From Eledone cirrhosa (lineage: Eukaryota), in assembly GCA_964016885.1 (NCBI GenBank), contig OZ024740.1:262632001-262696000 (forward strand): DNA of 64,000 bases, read 5' to 3'. The position numbers and the translations under genes are program-made. Numbering within the stretch: position 1 is the first letter of the stretch; each line of letters starts with the position of its first letter. Positions 1 to 13,576 of this stretch are shown here, one piece after another. Under the pieces are notes generated by a model, which was not told the origin of the DNA, did no database searches, and saw nothing but the letters and a program-made list of their open reading frames with translations.

Positions 1-38
1 CTGCACATACATAGAACACAAAAGTTTGTCTTTACATA

Positions 39-228
39 ATTGTTTCTACTTTTGGCACAAGGCCAGCAATTATCCCAGTGTATTATTGGTACTTTATTTT
101 ATCGACCCCGTAAGGATGATAGGCAAAGTTAACATTGGCGGGATTTGAACTCAGACCATAAAGGGCCGTAACTCTTTGCTGAAGCATGGCGTCCGACCCT
201 CTACCGATACTGCCAATCCACCGCCTTA
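39..228 (-). mobile_element. tRNA-derived SINE (main family in window), full length with TSD
   Basis: Minus strand GGCGGTGGATTGGCAGTATCGGTAGAG (A-box-like), GAGTTCAAATCCC (B box), central TTGCCT.TCATCCTTACGGGGTCGATAAAATAAAGTACCA (resembles MESC/Meta SINE core from memory), tail AGTAGAAACAATTA. Flanking direct repeat TCTTTACATA at 29-38 and 229-238. Confidence 0.9.
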
Positions 229-730
229 TCTTTACATACTGGTGTATCATTTATACTTTAGTTTGCCTTATATTGGTGACTTTGTTATAATGTAAGATAT
301 ACCTACATTAAATTTGTGTTAGACCCCATTACATACGGTATACTATTCAGAAATATTAATTATTCAGAATATATTTGCTCTTTGCAAAGCTATTCTAAAG
401 CAGAGGAATTATAAATAATAAGTCTCCCGGGTTATTTCACCCGGCGTATTCAACTATCATTTATAATTCATCTGCATTAACAACTTAGCAAAAACAACAA
501 ATATATTTTCAACTCACCAGCGACTACATTATCTAGATAACATTGGTTATTTCAGTCGGCGACTATATGTATATATATATACATATTGTTATATTTGAGG
601 ATGGTCATTCTGCCAATATTACTAATAGAGAGAAACATGCTTTCTGAAGATGTATGATAAATAATTGAACAATATATATTGTAGTCAGCATATGTAGACT
701 ACTATAATAGTTTCTGAAACATATGTTAAT

Positions 731-1385
731 ACTAGCGGCCTCCCGGCCTTCGCCCTTATTTATAAGGCACACATTGTCTCTATTTATCACATTGTCAATT
801 TCCATAGAAATAAAAGATTTTAAAAGGTAATTAATTATTGCATAACATAACTTGAAACATTTATGTAGAATATCTAAATAAGTAGAAATTCTACAGAAAT
901 GTAAAAAGTAATAAAAAATAATACAAAAATGTATTCTACGAAAATTATAAGACATTTACAGAACTTCAGTATATACTATGTTTTTAACATTTTTTAAGCA
1001 TATATGAAGAGTTTGTGGGGGCTTCCTACTCTGGAACAACCTACATACAATTGATCATGTGAGGAACAGCCCTCTTCTAGATGGAGACCGACAACCTGCA
1101 GTGTTTGAGCGTGGAACATGTTGATAGTCACTGCGTAACTGACTCCCGCTAGGAATTGAAATCGTTTGACAGGAAAGGAGACATCTGTTGGTATTAGCAG
1201 TATTCTAGGTATAAATATATCTCCCTGACCACACCCAGTGAAGATATTCGCTTCGATAATCTTAGGCTGTTGCTCAAGCACAACCATACGTGTCCCATTG
1301 CACAATCATGGCTGTGACATTCTTCAATTGAACGTCGTGTGGCAGCATACCGGACGGTTCTAGGGAGTTTAGAAATTGTGATGTT
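731..1385 (-). mobile_element. Helitron 3' fragment: degenerate PIF1-type helicase C-terminus plus 3' terminus
   Basis: ORFs 994-1305 and 1274-1660 give FLNSLEPSGMLPH, CNGTRMVV, IFIPRILLIP, FPVKRFQF, VTINMFHAQTL, QLYVGCSRVG (Helitron RepHel helicase motifs, frameshifted). Minus-strand end GGGCGAAGGCCGGGAGGCCG-CTAG-T at 731-755. Confidence 0.85.
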
Positions 1386-1534
1386 TTAGAGGGCAAGAAT
1401 TGCTCTTTCACACAGCCACACCTTGTTGGAATGGTGGATTTTGAAACTGGTGAATACTTGATTAAGTTTACAACGTTTTCCACAACAGTAAATGATGAAT
1501 GATGAAAACATCCTTCAGTACCAAGGGTTTGCCC

Positions 1535-2083
1535 TTCTATAAATGTAAACGGCTGAGAGGTGCTTATCTGTAACTCCGAGCGCTCATTCACTCCTTGCTT
1601 CTGTTTGCGGAAAAAAAGCGCCGTTGACGAGTGTGTCGGATGTAGATCAATCAAAAACAAACAAAAAAAGCTAACAAAGAAAAAATTCCCACAGAAGAAA
1701 TCTCCTAGGCTGGGAAAATTGTTGGATCAGCCAGTGCCCATCTCTCTACAGCTGATATATCGGCCATGTTGGAAGTTGGTCACCTCGTCGAACACATTCC
1801 ATTTTTATAGTGCAAAGAGGGCAGCTTCGGAACCATTGTTAATGTGTTTGCACGCATATTTTATATCCCTCCCATCCCATTTTCTGGGACAAAGGCGATT
1901 GTGAACATGTTGGAGGTCACATTAGTTGAAAACAGGAAAAAGACCTCGGATAAAAGTCTTCTTCTCGATCCCCGGGTGTGCTTTTCTATTAATTTAAAAG
2001 GCTGAGAAACTCTTATCTGTAACTCCAAGAGTGCCTCTCCCCTCGCCGTCTCCATTTTCGGAAAAAAGAGTCATTGGCGAGTG
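1535..2083. repeat. Diverged ~100-bp direct repeat pair (1535-1633 / 1984-2083)
   Basis: Both copies contain GGCTGAGA..CTTATCTGTAACTCC...CGGAAAAAA...CGAGTG. Probably internal to the Helitron. Confidence 0.6.
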
Positions 2084-2342
2084 AATCAGCTTAACAACAA
2101 CATCAACAACATTCGACTATCAAGTTATTTTTAAATATCTGTTGCGTTGTTGGATATACAGAAACACACACATACACAATACACACATACACCCACACAA
2201 ACAGAAACATATATATTCGTTTTAGTTAGTTAGAGAGAGTGGGTGGAGTGAGTCTTTGCGTATATAAAGATAGCATGATAGACGAACAGACAGTACCTGG
2301 GGTGCTAGAAAGGATATTTCAAGCTGAAAAATGTGTCCTGTA

Positions 2343-2492
2343 TAATAATTGTTTCTAATTTTGGCACAAGACCATCAAATACCCAGTGCATTACTGGTAC
2401 TTTATTTTATCGACCTCGTAAGGATGAAAGGCAAAGTTAACCTAGTCGGGTATTGGCATGGCATCCGACCCTCTACCGATACTGCCAATCCA
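2343..2492 (-). mobile_element. SINE copy with internal deletion
   Basis: Same core and tail as 39-228; B-box segment missing. Confidence 0.85.
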
Positions 2493-3282
2493 CAATAATG
2501 ACATTTATTTTGTATGTATATATCATCAAACTTCATTTCACAAAGGTTTGACAATATGCTGATTCGGGCATGTCAAAGATCATTTTACTTACACTCGATC
2601 TGAAAAAAATGTTGAAAATATATTGGAAAAAAATTGATTAAAATCGATTCAAATTGACGGAAATTCCAAGATAAAAAATGAAAGGCACAGTGATGTAGAT
2701 CTGGAAAGTGCGGTTTCAGTCAATACTTTAATAATTACCAATGTATTCAGGATTTTGTGTGTATCCCGGTCAAGGAACAAACACATAGCCAACCTAAATG
2801 TTTATATTGTATATAGATTTTAAAACTAATAAATGATTTAACTAAAATCGTGGAAACTACAGGTCGTCTGAAATCTGATGAACGTATTTTAATGTTTGTG
2901 ATCTCTTCTCATCCATTCTGTTTCTTCATTCCTATCAATTCTTCGAGTCATCTCACTTCGAATCGCTGATTTCTGTCCTTCAAGGTAATATTTTATCCAA
3001 CGCTGTTTCGACGGCATTTTGCTGTTTTAACAGCTTCCTTACACCGAGCTTTTCCATTTTCCTATATATACACACACCTAGACACACACATACACACACA
3101 CACACACTTATACACACACACACACACTTATACACACACGCACACATACACACACACACAGAGACACACACACGCGCGCACACATACACACATACACACA
3201 CACACACAGACACGCCCCCCCCCACACACGCACGCACACACGCACGCACACACACACACACACATATATATATTAGAGAGAG

Positions 3283-3316
<34 letters not shown>

Positions 3317-3479
3317 ATACTCATCATCAACTAAAAGTCAGTAGGTCTTTGAGTTTCTGTTATCTACAGTATGTAAAAGTTAAAAGACTGAGGGATAGGA
3401 CGATAATGAGAAGAAAGAAGAAGTCGGGAAACCAGTGTGTAAGAAACAATGAGATAACATTGTTCATTATTTTGTTCAA

Positions 3480-3597
3480 TTGAGTTCAAATCCCGCCGAG
3501 GTTGACTTTGCCTTTCATCCTTACGGGGTCGATAAAATAAAGTACCAGTAATAAACTGGGTAATTGCTGGCCTTGTGCCTAAAGTAGAAACAATTAT
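3480..3597 (+). mobile_element. 5'-truncated SINE copy
   Basis: GAGTTCAAATCCCGCCGAGGTTGACTTTGCCTTTCATCCTTACGGGGTCGATAAAATAAAGTACCAG...AGTAGAAACAATTA. Confidence 0.88.
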
Positions 3598-3723
3598 TTT
3601 GTTCTAGTCATAATACTTTTGTCGAAAGAGGCTCTTCAGAGTTGCTCAAATGGGCATTACATGTGGAATATTGCTCACTAGCCTGATGGCTGAGGAAGTA
3701 CAGTTGCGGTCGTCTACATAATA

Positions 3724-4127
3724 TGAGGCTTTCTAAATGTGTATTTACAAATATACCGTATTTCTTTAGAAATACGAAATTTAAATACATATTTCTATAC
3801 AGCTATGTTCGAAGATAAATCCTAATTCTATTATAAGTTGAGCCAACTTATTCAGCTTCATATGCAAATGAAATTGATCAACTCATTTACAAAGACGAAC
3901 AAATCTATATATTTTGGCATGCTTTCAAATTCTGGCAGTTGGAAGAGAGGGAGAGATCCTGACTAGAAGCAGTTGAGTTCGAAATGTATTGCCGATTGTC
4001 CCCCTTTCTTCTGCCGAGCACCGCATGGTGGCGTTAGCTGCCAGTGTCATTCGTAGCTATGGCTTTCTAAATGTTTATTCATAAACGTATCGTATTTCAT
4101 TAGAAAAACGAAAATTAAATACATATA
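3724..4127. repeat. Direct repeat pair ~70 bp (3724-3793 / 4060-4127)
   Basis: GGCTTTCTAAATGT.TATT...CGTATTTC.TTAGAAA.ACGAAA.TTAAATACATAT occurs twice; the second copy ends at (TA)n. Confidence 0.7.
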
Positions 4128-4516
4128 TATATATATCTGTGTATGTGTGGATGGGTGGGTGTACATACATACACCTATTTGAGTCTAAATATATTTATGT
4201 GGGTAAAATTGAGTGAGTTCTTAAATGTACATAAGTTTGTGCATGCGCGCAATACTTATCTATTTACATTCTCATAGTATAATTTAAAAAATAATATCGT
4301 GACACACTAAATACGACTGCATCAAAAATAAACAAAACACAAGCGGAAGATCATTTAACTATGATATGCTTATACAAGTATATATCTTGATGCAGCTATT
4401 ACTAAGTGTTCTCAACGTAGGTGTTTGGGAGGACGTAATTTTACATACCATCATACGCTTTGTTTACAAAGTTTCGCAAACCAGTCTAGCCGTATCCGAC
4501 AGCCAAATGAGAATAC

Positions 4517-4569
4517 GCACACACACACAAATCTCTCGGTCTCTCTCTCTCCCCCCCCCTCTCTCACTC

Positions 4570-4642
<73 letters not shown>

Positions 4643-4726
4643 ATATATATATGATATATACATATATGTATATATGTATATATATATATATATATATAGA
4701 TAGATAGATATGATTATATATATATA

Positions 4727-4794
<68 letters not shown>

Positions 4795-4861
4795 TATATA
4801 TATATATATATATAGATAGATGTGCTTATATGTATAAACACACACCCGCATATATATAAAT

Positions 4862-4897
<36 letters not shown>

Positions 4898-5055
4898 GCG
4901 GATGTGTGTTTATACATTACACACAGACACACACATAAACATACAAATCTGTGTCATATATGCATACATGTGCAGACGCATACACATATCCGCTGTATAA
5001 ATATGTGTGTGTGCTTGTGTGTCTGTGTGTGTGTGTGCGCGTGTGTGTGTGTGTG
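4517..5055. repeat. Compound microsatellite block (CA)n/(CT)n/(TA)n/(TG)n
   Basis: Directly visible; representative of dozens of such tracts that generate the spurious [12 protein letters not shown] ORFs. Confidence 0.95.
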
Positions 5056-5685
5056 TTACCTCTATTGTCAACATTTCTAGGAACAGTCAAAGATAATGTT
5101 GCAGAGTGTCTCGTTAATGATCTAAAAATCATTAACTCTAATGTTTGTTAGTACGTTGGAATTATGTTCCCTTACCAACAGCACTTCAAAGCCTTTCCCG
5201 CTGGGCCCCCAATCAGTGACAAGCTGATGAAAGAACATTACATAAACGTTCCGCATAAAATTCATTGAATTACCTCCCCTCCCTCTGGTACTCTTAGTTG
5301 ATTATGTCCCTTGTCTATTAACTCTCATTCTTTATCCGGCATTCAAATGACATTTCACAACAGCTGGCTGTAAGCAAAAGAATAATTTCACTTTGAAAGA
5401 CAATGTCTTTTTACCTATATTTCCTTCGTATTGTCTAATTGTGTTTGTCTCCGTGTGAATGTGTAAGTATGTATCTGTATAAATATGTTTGTGTAGGTTT
5501 GTATGTATGTGTATGTGTGTGTATGCGTGAGAGAATTTGTGTTTGTGTTTGCGTGTTCGAACGCACGCTTTCCTTTTATTTTTGTTATTAAAAGATTGCC
5601 TGTGTGTAGTAAATTTCTATATTTCTAAGCGGGGTGATTCTATGATGTTGATAATTGCGGTAACATCGATCAAATGTGAAATTAA

Positions 5686-5832
5686 TAATAATAATTGTTT
5701 TTTTCTACATTTTGCACAAGGACAGCAATTTGAAAGGATGAGGGAAGCCGATTAAATTGGTCGCAGTACATTACAGGTATTTTATTTTATCGATACTGGA
5801 AGGATGAAAGACCAAGCGGGATTTGAACTCGG
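5686..5832 (-). mobile_element. SINE, related subfamily (diverged)
   Basis: ATAATTGTTT..CTAC..TTGCACAAGG...TTTATTTTATCGA...GGATGAAAG...GGGATTTGAACTC. Confidence 0.75.
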
Positions 5833-6748
5833 AGTCAAGATGAATCAACCAAATAAATGCACCGCCATCAGAATGTGATGGACTTTCCTCCTGTTCATAT
5901 GATTGGTGCTTCGTTGAAGTAATCTCTCTGCTTTGAACAACGCTTGGGCCTAAAATTCCCTCCAGATCTCCATTGGAGCTCCTATATTCGATTAGTTACC
6001 ATCTGTAAAAATGATGGGGCTCGTTTATCGTTCCAGAAATTTGCATATTTACATGGGTCAGGTTAAACTGACAATCGGGTACTGTTACCATATCGGGGGC
6101 GGTGCTGCTCAGAGCTCGTTATTTTGTTTGGATAGAGTCCAGAGTCGCTTGTGTAACCTTGTTGAATAGGTACTCTTCTCATCCATTAAGTCACTCTCTC
6201 AAAAACGTGACACGGTAAGCCTGATATTACTCTATCTTTATTACCACGGGAAATGCTCTGATGAAAGTCATTCTCTATTACCCAATACCCAGACTTTCTT
6301 CACTAGGACCCTTTTCGCTAAGTCGTTTCAGGGAAACCATCGACTCTTTCTTAGTATTCCTAACATCAATCAAAAGTTTCATGTAAACAATTTCATTCCT
6401 AGAACCATATTTCTATGGAACAAGCTCCCTAAGGATTACCTTCTCAGTACTTACAACATTGACCGTTTTAAGAAAATCGTCCATACGTACATCTCCACGT
6501 CATAATTCCATCAAAATTGCTTGTTCTTTCGATATTTTTGCACTTATAACCATCAATTTCCCTCACCATCGTTTTCTACATGTTCATCCTGTCATGTATC
6601 CCACAACTGGGAGTGGCTTTAAATCCTTGTTATATTGCGATCTTTACTACATAAAAAATCTCCGCTCGAAAGCTATCAAGGAAGTACCTAGAAATTCCAC
6701 GATATAGAGAAGGTTAAGGAAACAAATATAGTAGGGCAGTGTATAGAG

Positions 6749-7036
6749 CAGCCATGGTCAACCTGCGGTCTGCGAAATTTTCTGAATGCTTCGCCTAAGT
6801 CACCTAAGTGAAATCTTTCTGATTTTGTTACTACAACTTTTCAGTCGTAATTTATCTTTCTGTCATTTTTACGTTCGAGGAAAACAACGCGTACGAATTC
6901 TGAAGAAACAAATCAAATCAACCTGACTTACTGCCTTTTTTAATGTGGGCACGAATATAAATTAGTGCTTGCGGTCCGCCTGATGATGAGCCATATCTCA
7001 TGTGGCCTGCTTCTCGAAAAAGGATGCTCATGCTTG
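6749..7036. mobile_element. hAT (Charlie-like) MITE with 8-bp TSD
   Basis: Exact TSD GTATAGAG at 6741-6748 and 7037-7044; imperfect TIRs CAGCCATGGTCAACCT / AGGATGCTCATGCTTG; subterminal GCGGTC motifs. Confidence 0.85.
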
Positions 7037-8311
7037 GTATAGAGGGACGTGTTCTTTGTCTCAGAAATTAGTCTAAGAACGGCTAAATATATGTAAGTTA
7101 ATATATTTGTTTAACAAATATATGTAATATTTTTTATTGCGATGAGGTTCACTTAATCCATAAAGTGAAGACACTTTTAAACATACAAGCAATTCCTCCA
7201 ACGGAATTCCCCCTTCCGAAAGTTCTTCAAATTTTCTCTAAATCTTCAAGGTTACCCATGTCGAATTCCATCCCTGAACGTGCAGTGTCAAGACGAACAG
7301 GAATCGCCCACTTTTAATTCATGGAATTGTTTTATAATTCTTTTTACACGACTATATACATCTTATAGGAGACATTTATTGCTGCTCGGGGAAAATATAA
7401 TTTTATATATATATATGGTTTTAAATATTTATTAGCGCTTAATATACAAAATCAGCCTTCATATAATGGCTAGTTATTTTCACGATAATAACAAATCTGG
7501 ATGGTAATCTCTACAGGAGATTATAGATCCCAAAACACCTACGATTTCCCGCCTCATTTGATAACAGATAGAGAAAGGTTAACCTTGCAGCTGCCGGTTA
7601 TGTATAATAGCATTCGGCGTAATTTGACAATTGTTGCTAGAAACACTAATTTGTAAGATAATTAAAATAAATAATTGCAACTAATTAATGATTAATGAAA
7701 TAGTTATTCAGCTAGAAATACTCACATAAATTCCGTACACAGTTATATAACCATATAGAAATCGAGGTAGATATATACATAAATAAAGAGAAAGGGAGAG
7801 AGGGGGGAGGAGGAGAACAGGAGAAACAGAGAGTGTGTGAGGAAGAAGGAGTTAAGGGTAAAAGATAAGTAGATTTAAATCATCTATGTTTCCTCATGGT
7901 ACACACAGACACACACGCACGCGCGCAGACACAAACACACACACACGCACGCGCGCGCACACACACACACACACACGCCCCCCCCCCCCACACGCAAATA
8001 TATGTAATATAGAATATGCTTCGAATATATATATCGAAGCTTATATATAAATATAAATATCACGATAAATTAACGGAGCCATAGACGCTCGTTATTCCCT
8101 GTCAATAATGTGCTCAAAGGAGAAGGAATCCTGAGCTCTTTAAAATACAATATGTGGAAAAGGTAACACACTAGAGAGAGATAGTGCGCCATCAATAACA
8201 TAGGGAAAAACACCAGTCTATGGAATATATAATCTATGAAAGGCAGGGTAGACACACAATAATTAAAAATATAAATTAAAATGTATATACACACCTCTAT
8301 AACTATATAAC

Positions 8312-8394
8312 ACACGCGTACAAATCCAAAGAGATCTGTTTCGCCAGGAGGTAGTTGACTGAAATAGAATAGCCTATGGCTCATCAGCGCGTGC
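8312..8394 (-). ncRNA. Type I hammerhead ribozyme, intact core
   Basis: Minus strand: GCACGCG-CTGATGA-GCCA..(long loop)..TGGC-GAA-ACAGATC-tctttg-GATTTGT-A-CGCGTGT. All three stems pair; GUA cleavage triplet. Confidence 0.85.
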
Positions 8395-8742
8395 AAGACT
8401 ATACATTCCAGACAACTCTAAGAGAATCTAAAGCGACCGTCCAGCTACACGCGGCAGAGATATGTCACAGCGTTCCTTTGCCTTTGAGCACATGATTGAT
8501 AGGGAATAACGAGAGTCTATGGCTCCGTTAATTTATCGTGATATTTCGCTCCTTATAACAGTCTTTCCTGTCTCTCTATTTGGTTGAGCACACTTCGAGT
8601 GGTTGTTGGGCTGCCCTTTCTCGCAGCTCGTCCCTCAGATACCACTGGTTCACTGCCCTAAACACGCTGTGTCATCTCTCTGCCGCGTGTAGCTGGACGG
8701 TCGCTTTAGATTCTCTTAGAGTTGTCTGGAATGTATAGTCTT

Positions 8743-8825
8743 GCACGCGCTGATGTACCATAGGCTATTCCATTTCAGTCAACAACTTCCTGGCGAAACA
8801 GATCTCTTTGGATTTTCACGCGTGT
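8743..8825 (+). ncRNA. Degenerate copy of the 8312-8394 hammerhead
   Basis: CTGATGT-ACCA...TGGC-GAAACAGATC..GATTTTC-A-CGCGTG; core, stem II and stem III mutated. Confidence 0.65.
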
Positions 8826-8999
8826 GTTATATAGTTATAGAGGTGCGTATATACATTCTAATTTATATTTTTAATTATTGTGTCTACCCTGCCTTCCGTA
8901 GAGTATAGATTTCATACACTGGTGGTTTTCCCTGTTTTATTGATGGCACACTTTCTCTCTCTAGTGTGTTACCTTTTCAATATATTGTATTATATATAT

Positions 9000-9033
<34 letters not shown>

Positions 9034-9050
9034 AGTATATATATAAATAC

Positions 9051-9132
<82 letters not shown>

Positions 9133-9334
9133 GTATACCTAGGTCAAGGAAAACAATGCTCATTCTAGTGCAAGGAAGCTTATTTAGTATAATTAAAATT
9201 TGCTAGACTTAATATGTATGTGCGGCCTTAGGTTTCGTGTTCCACTTATGGCAACGACTGCATAGAGGAAGAGTCGCTTCAATACTGGCCTGTCATTGAG
9301 TGTTATAACAAAATTTTGTTATATATATATATAA

Positions 9335-9405
<71 letters not shown>

Positions 9406-9897
9406 TGTATGTGCGTGTGTGTGTGTGTGTATTCATTTATCATGGCTAAATGTTGTGGCTTGTTACTATGGTAACACTCTAGAATAACGAGACCTACTCA
9501 TAATAAATGAACATTTAAACTCTACTTCGGTATTGATTTACGCCTTCTGACGTGTATAAATAATACATGGATATATTCAGATTGTGATTTAATTGGAAGA
9601 ACTAAGCGCAAGGAATCTGTTAAAACAGCAACATACCGTGAATCTCAGCGTAGGGTAAACACTACCTCAAAGGATAGATATCAGTGGCTAGAAATGTATT
9701 GGCTAGTAGAAGTAACAGGAAGAAATGAGAAAGGGATAAAATAGATGAGAGGGGATCTCACAAGTATTAAATTGCCCCATCAGCCTTTCGACTGCCTGTG
9801 GTTTCGACGATTTAACCAAAACGACCTCGTATGATAGACGGCTCGTTAAAAGCGGAGAAATGAATATCTCAAGATAGATAGATATATTTGTTTACAT

Positions 9898-9943
<46 letters not shown>

Positions 9944-9945
<2 letters not shown>

Positions 9946-10975
9946 TTATACTTGGGGAGGCTCATATTTGTGTAATAATATTGCCAGAATTGATAATAGA
10001 ACACACTCACTGTTTGGTTGGTTTTCGCTTCTGTGTCTTTTATATCGGTTAATTTAATTTATTCGGTCCTCAATGTTACCGTTGACTGACCAACGATCAA
10101 ATCTAACAAAGTCTTTCGTTGCACATCTACAACATCGTCAGTGGTGCTATTATGTTTCCTCCTGTTGTATTGTATGCCTACGCCATCTTTATTTAGTATG
10201 TTTATTTATTTATTTATTTTTGTCTTCTCTGCGCATGCGTGTGTATAGTGTTTGATGTGAGTTCGTGTTTGGGTGACTGTGTATTGGTTATTGTATTCTA
10301 TCTTAGTTTACTAGTGTGTGTTTATAAGTGTTTGTTGTTATTGTGCTTGTGTATGTATTTATTTATTTATTTATACTTCTCTTAGGTCAGTATTGTTTGT
10401 CTGCGTGTTGTTGTTATTCCATTCATTTTTTCTGTTTAACCTTGGCCTTCTAAGTTCTATTTTGCTGGCCATTCTGATTTTCCTATCTGCTGGGTCATTT
10501 CTATGTTTAGATATTATTCTAATTTCTATGTTGTCTATGTTACCGTCGTGTTGTTGTATGGCATGTTCGTATAGTACTGAACCGTTTTATCGTCCCTTTA
10601 GTTCCCCCAGTGTTGGTCTATCCTTTCAGCTAGGCTACGAGCTGTCTAGCGTATGTATGTGTTTTCATGTTTCTGCAAGTACCCTCTGTACATCTTATGC
10701 TATAGACTCCGTTTCTAGTTTTACAGTTTATCCGGGGGTTTACTATTAGTACAGTGGGTTTTCTGAAAAGGCTAGGTTTTGTTGATCAGGGATTTTATGG
10801 TGGTTCCTGGCTTTTCTACCACCTTAATCTTTAAGTGGGTCTTTCTCAGGGCCTTTCTACACTGGTTAGCTAATTTCCCTCCAGGGGTATCGTCCACACA
10901 CATGACACTCTGGTATCTCTCGTTGTCGTACCATGAGGTGATTTCCCTATCTTATGTCTAGTCCTATCCACGTAT

Positions 10976-10979
<4 letters not shown>
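9944..10979. mobile_element. Probable solo LTR (TG...CA) inserted in (TA)n
   Basis: Begins TGTTATAC and ends GTATAACA (8-bp inverted termini). First ~220 bp recur at 13613-13872, and a related start TGTTATGCTTTGGGAGGGTCA lies at 60895. Confidence 0.6.
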
Positions 10980-11017
<38 letters not shown>

Positions 11018-11344
11018 ATAATAATAAATTTGAAGACTAAAATCCAAAGAGGGCTCGATAAGGATAAATATATATCAAATATATAAGAATCGTAGAGCAA
11101 ATATTTATTAAAATAACAGATTAAAGTTTCAGCAAAGAATCGCTGCTTTCACCCTTAACGGATCTTCTGAAACTAACAAAGTCAATCTGTAAACGCAGAA
11201 GAAGATATTTAAAAAGACGTTGGATGATGATACTTTGGTTCCTGGAAACGTTCCCTGGCAAAGAACGGGAAAAAACGAATGTAATACGTCATTCACAGTG
11301 GTTAAGGATTTCGAAATGATGTCATCCTCAATGCCTGTAAGTGG

Positions 11345-12583
11345 GTGATTAATTTTGACGATTCTATTTGGATTATAAAATCCAATAGTACTCCATTCGA
11401 CGTGAGTATGAGCGCCAGCGATTCTGCGGAGGTTACTGATCTTATCGGCCTTTTCCTTCTTTTCTCTATCAAGGACGAATTTCCCAACAAGAGCGGTGGT
11501 TTGTACCGTGATGATGGTCTTTTGACCATGACTAAGTGCGGCCCTCGTGCTTGCGACAGGTTCAGAAAAGAACTCACAGCCTTCTTTAAAGGCTTCGACC
11601 TCTCTATACAGGTTGAGGCCAACCTCTCGGTCGTTAATTACCTCGCCGTTACCCTCAATTTATCGAATGGCTTGTATTACCCATATAGAAAGCGAAATGA
11701 TACGCTTCATTACATAAGTAAGCATTCCAACCATCCTGCCAGCATAAGCAAGAACCTAGTAAGAAACGTTTCGTTGAGGCTTTCCCGTCTATCTACTAAC
11801 GAGCATATTTTCAACGACCATTCCACTTATTACAATGAAGCACTTGCTTGGAGTGGATTTGTCGATAAGGTAGCATATACAGAGTACGAGAATAGACCTA
11901 GAAGAAATAGATCCCGTCGCATTATATGGTATAACCCACCATATAATATGGAGGTGGCCACACCATTAGCTAAGATCTTTCTATCCCTTATTACGAATCA
12001 TTTTCCCGCTACACATAAATAGTGTAAAATTTTTAATAGAAATACTATTAAAATTTGTTACACTACGACTCCTAACCTGGCACATAACATTACTGCTTCA
12101 AATTTAGCTAAACTACCTAGCCGTTGGAACACGTGCAACCCTGTAGTTAGTACTAACTGTAATTGTAGGAATCGGGTTGATTGCCTCCTATCCGGAAATT
12201 CCTCTCTAGTAACATTGTCTACAAATGTAAGATTGAAACACTCACGTCCCGTAGGGCCTACATAGGGTTAACTGCCAATAGATTCAAGCAGCGTCTTTAC
12301 ATGCATACCCATTCTTTTCGTTACCCTCTAAGAAGGAATATGACGTCACTTTCAGCTTATATCTGGAGTCTAAAAGACAACCACACCCAATATAAGTTAC
12401 ACTGGGAGATCCTAGCTAGGGCTAAATCGTATAACGGAAATAAAAGACCATGTGACCTCTGCGTGCCCTAGAAATACTCTGCGCCACAGACCACATCTTA
12501 AACAAAACATCTGAGGCAATTTCGGCTTGTAAACATAAATTGCACAAAACTTTCCTGTATTACAGCCCCACATTATACCCTAA
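11345..12583 (+). pseudogene. PLE reverse transcriptase-GIY-YIG endonuclease ORF remnant
   Basis: In-frame stop at 12020-12022 and frameshifts near 12190 and 12470; terminal LNKTSEAISACKH motif. Confidence 0.85.
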
Positions 12584-13525
12584 CGGATAGTACGATCTAT
12601 ACGTGGATATTATACGTCTTGATGTGGTAGCTAAGTATATGTTATGTTTATACCATTACTTATTTGCATAGGTAAGTATATATTACCTGTATGTTTTGTG
12701 AAGGTACGTATACTTTCTCGTACGTATATTTGATTGTATATGTTATGGCGTATATTTTTATATATTCTGGTACATATCCTTTTGGTTATGTGTATACGGG
12801 AGTTTTGCGTCTGTGTGAGTATGCGGGTTCGTATGTATGTTGGGTGGGTGTATATGTGTACTTCGTGTTTTGGTTGACGTAGTCTCCGAACATTTGTGTA
12901 TTTACATGTACGTATGTATGTGCCCTTGTTATATACGTATTTATTTATTTATATACGTTTATTTAATTACTTATTTATTTGTATACACGTACACACACAC
13001 ACACATATTTATATGTGCGTGGTTTTGTATACCTATGGCAAGGGTTTTCGCGTATGCTTGTGTATGAACGTATTTGGATGCGTGTATGTATTTATTTAAT
13101 TTCTATTACCTCTGTATTTTATTTACTTTATTCTTAACTCTGAAGCGGAGAATCATTCGGTTTCCTAGTTAGAATTTTAGTCTACGACTTCAGCTATACC
13201 ATTTACGTGGTTTTGTCTTTGCGTGCAATCGTTCTCCACGATCCACATATGACGTATTATCTTCGTTTTTTTCGTTGATTGCCAGAGAACGTCTCTATGA
13301 ACTACCTAAGAGAACATTAGTCTATGACTTCTTTTATACCATAAACGTGGTTCTGTCTTTGCGTGTAATTGCTTTTCACCGCTCCTATTAATGACGTATT
13401 ATATTCGTTTTTTCCCGTTCTTTGCCAGGGACCGTTTCCACGAACCAAAATATCGTCTTCCTGTCTTCCTCCAGTTGCAACGTTTTTTGAAATATCCACT
13501 TCTGCGTTTAAAGATTGCCTTTGTT

Positions 13526-13576
13526 AGTTTCAGAAGATCCGGTTAAGGGTGAAAGCAGCGATTCTTTGCTTAAAAT
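13526..13576 (+). ncRNA. Hammerhead-like motif (variant core CAGAAGA) in PLE pseudo-LTR
   Basis: AGTTT-CAGAAGA-TCC..GGGT-GAA-AGCA..TGCT-T-AAAAT. The inverted copy at ~11125-11174 has a perfect stem I (AGTTT/AAACT) but a G at the cleavage position. Confidence 0.5.

Larger units (their letters stand above)
8050..8991. mobile_element. Non-coding fold-back element in (TA)n carrying hammerhead motifs (retrozyme / PLE pseudo-LTR derivative)
   Basis: 8143-8473 is the reverse complement of 8664-8991, and 8057-8128 of 8473-8546. (TA)n on both sides. Confidence 0.85.

Noticed and set aside
6979-7020. CTGATGA...CGAAA inside the hAT MITE
   Set aside because: No stem I or stem III pairing around it; treated as a chance match.
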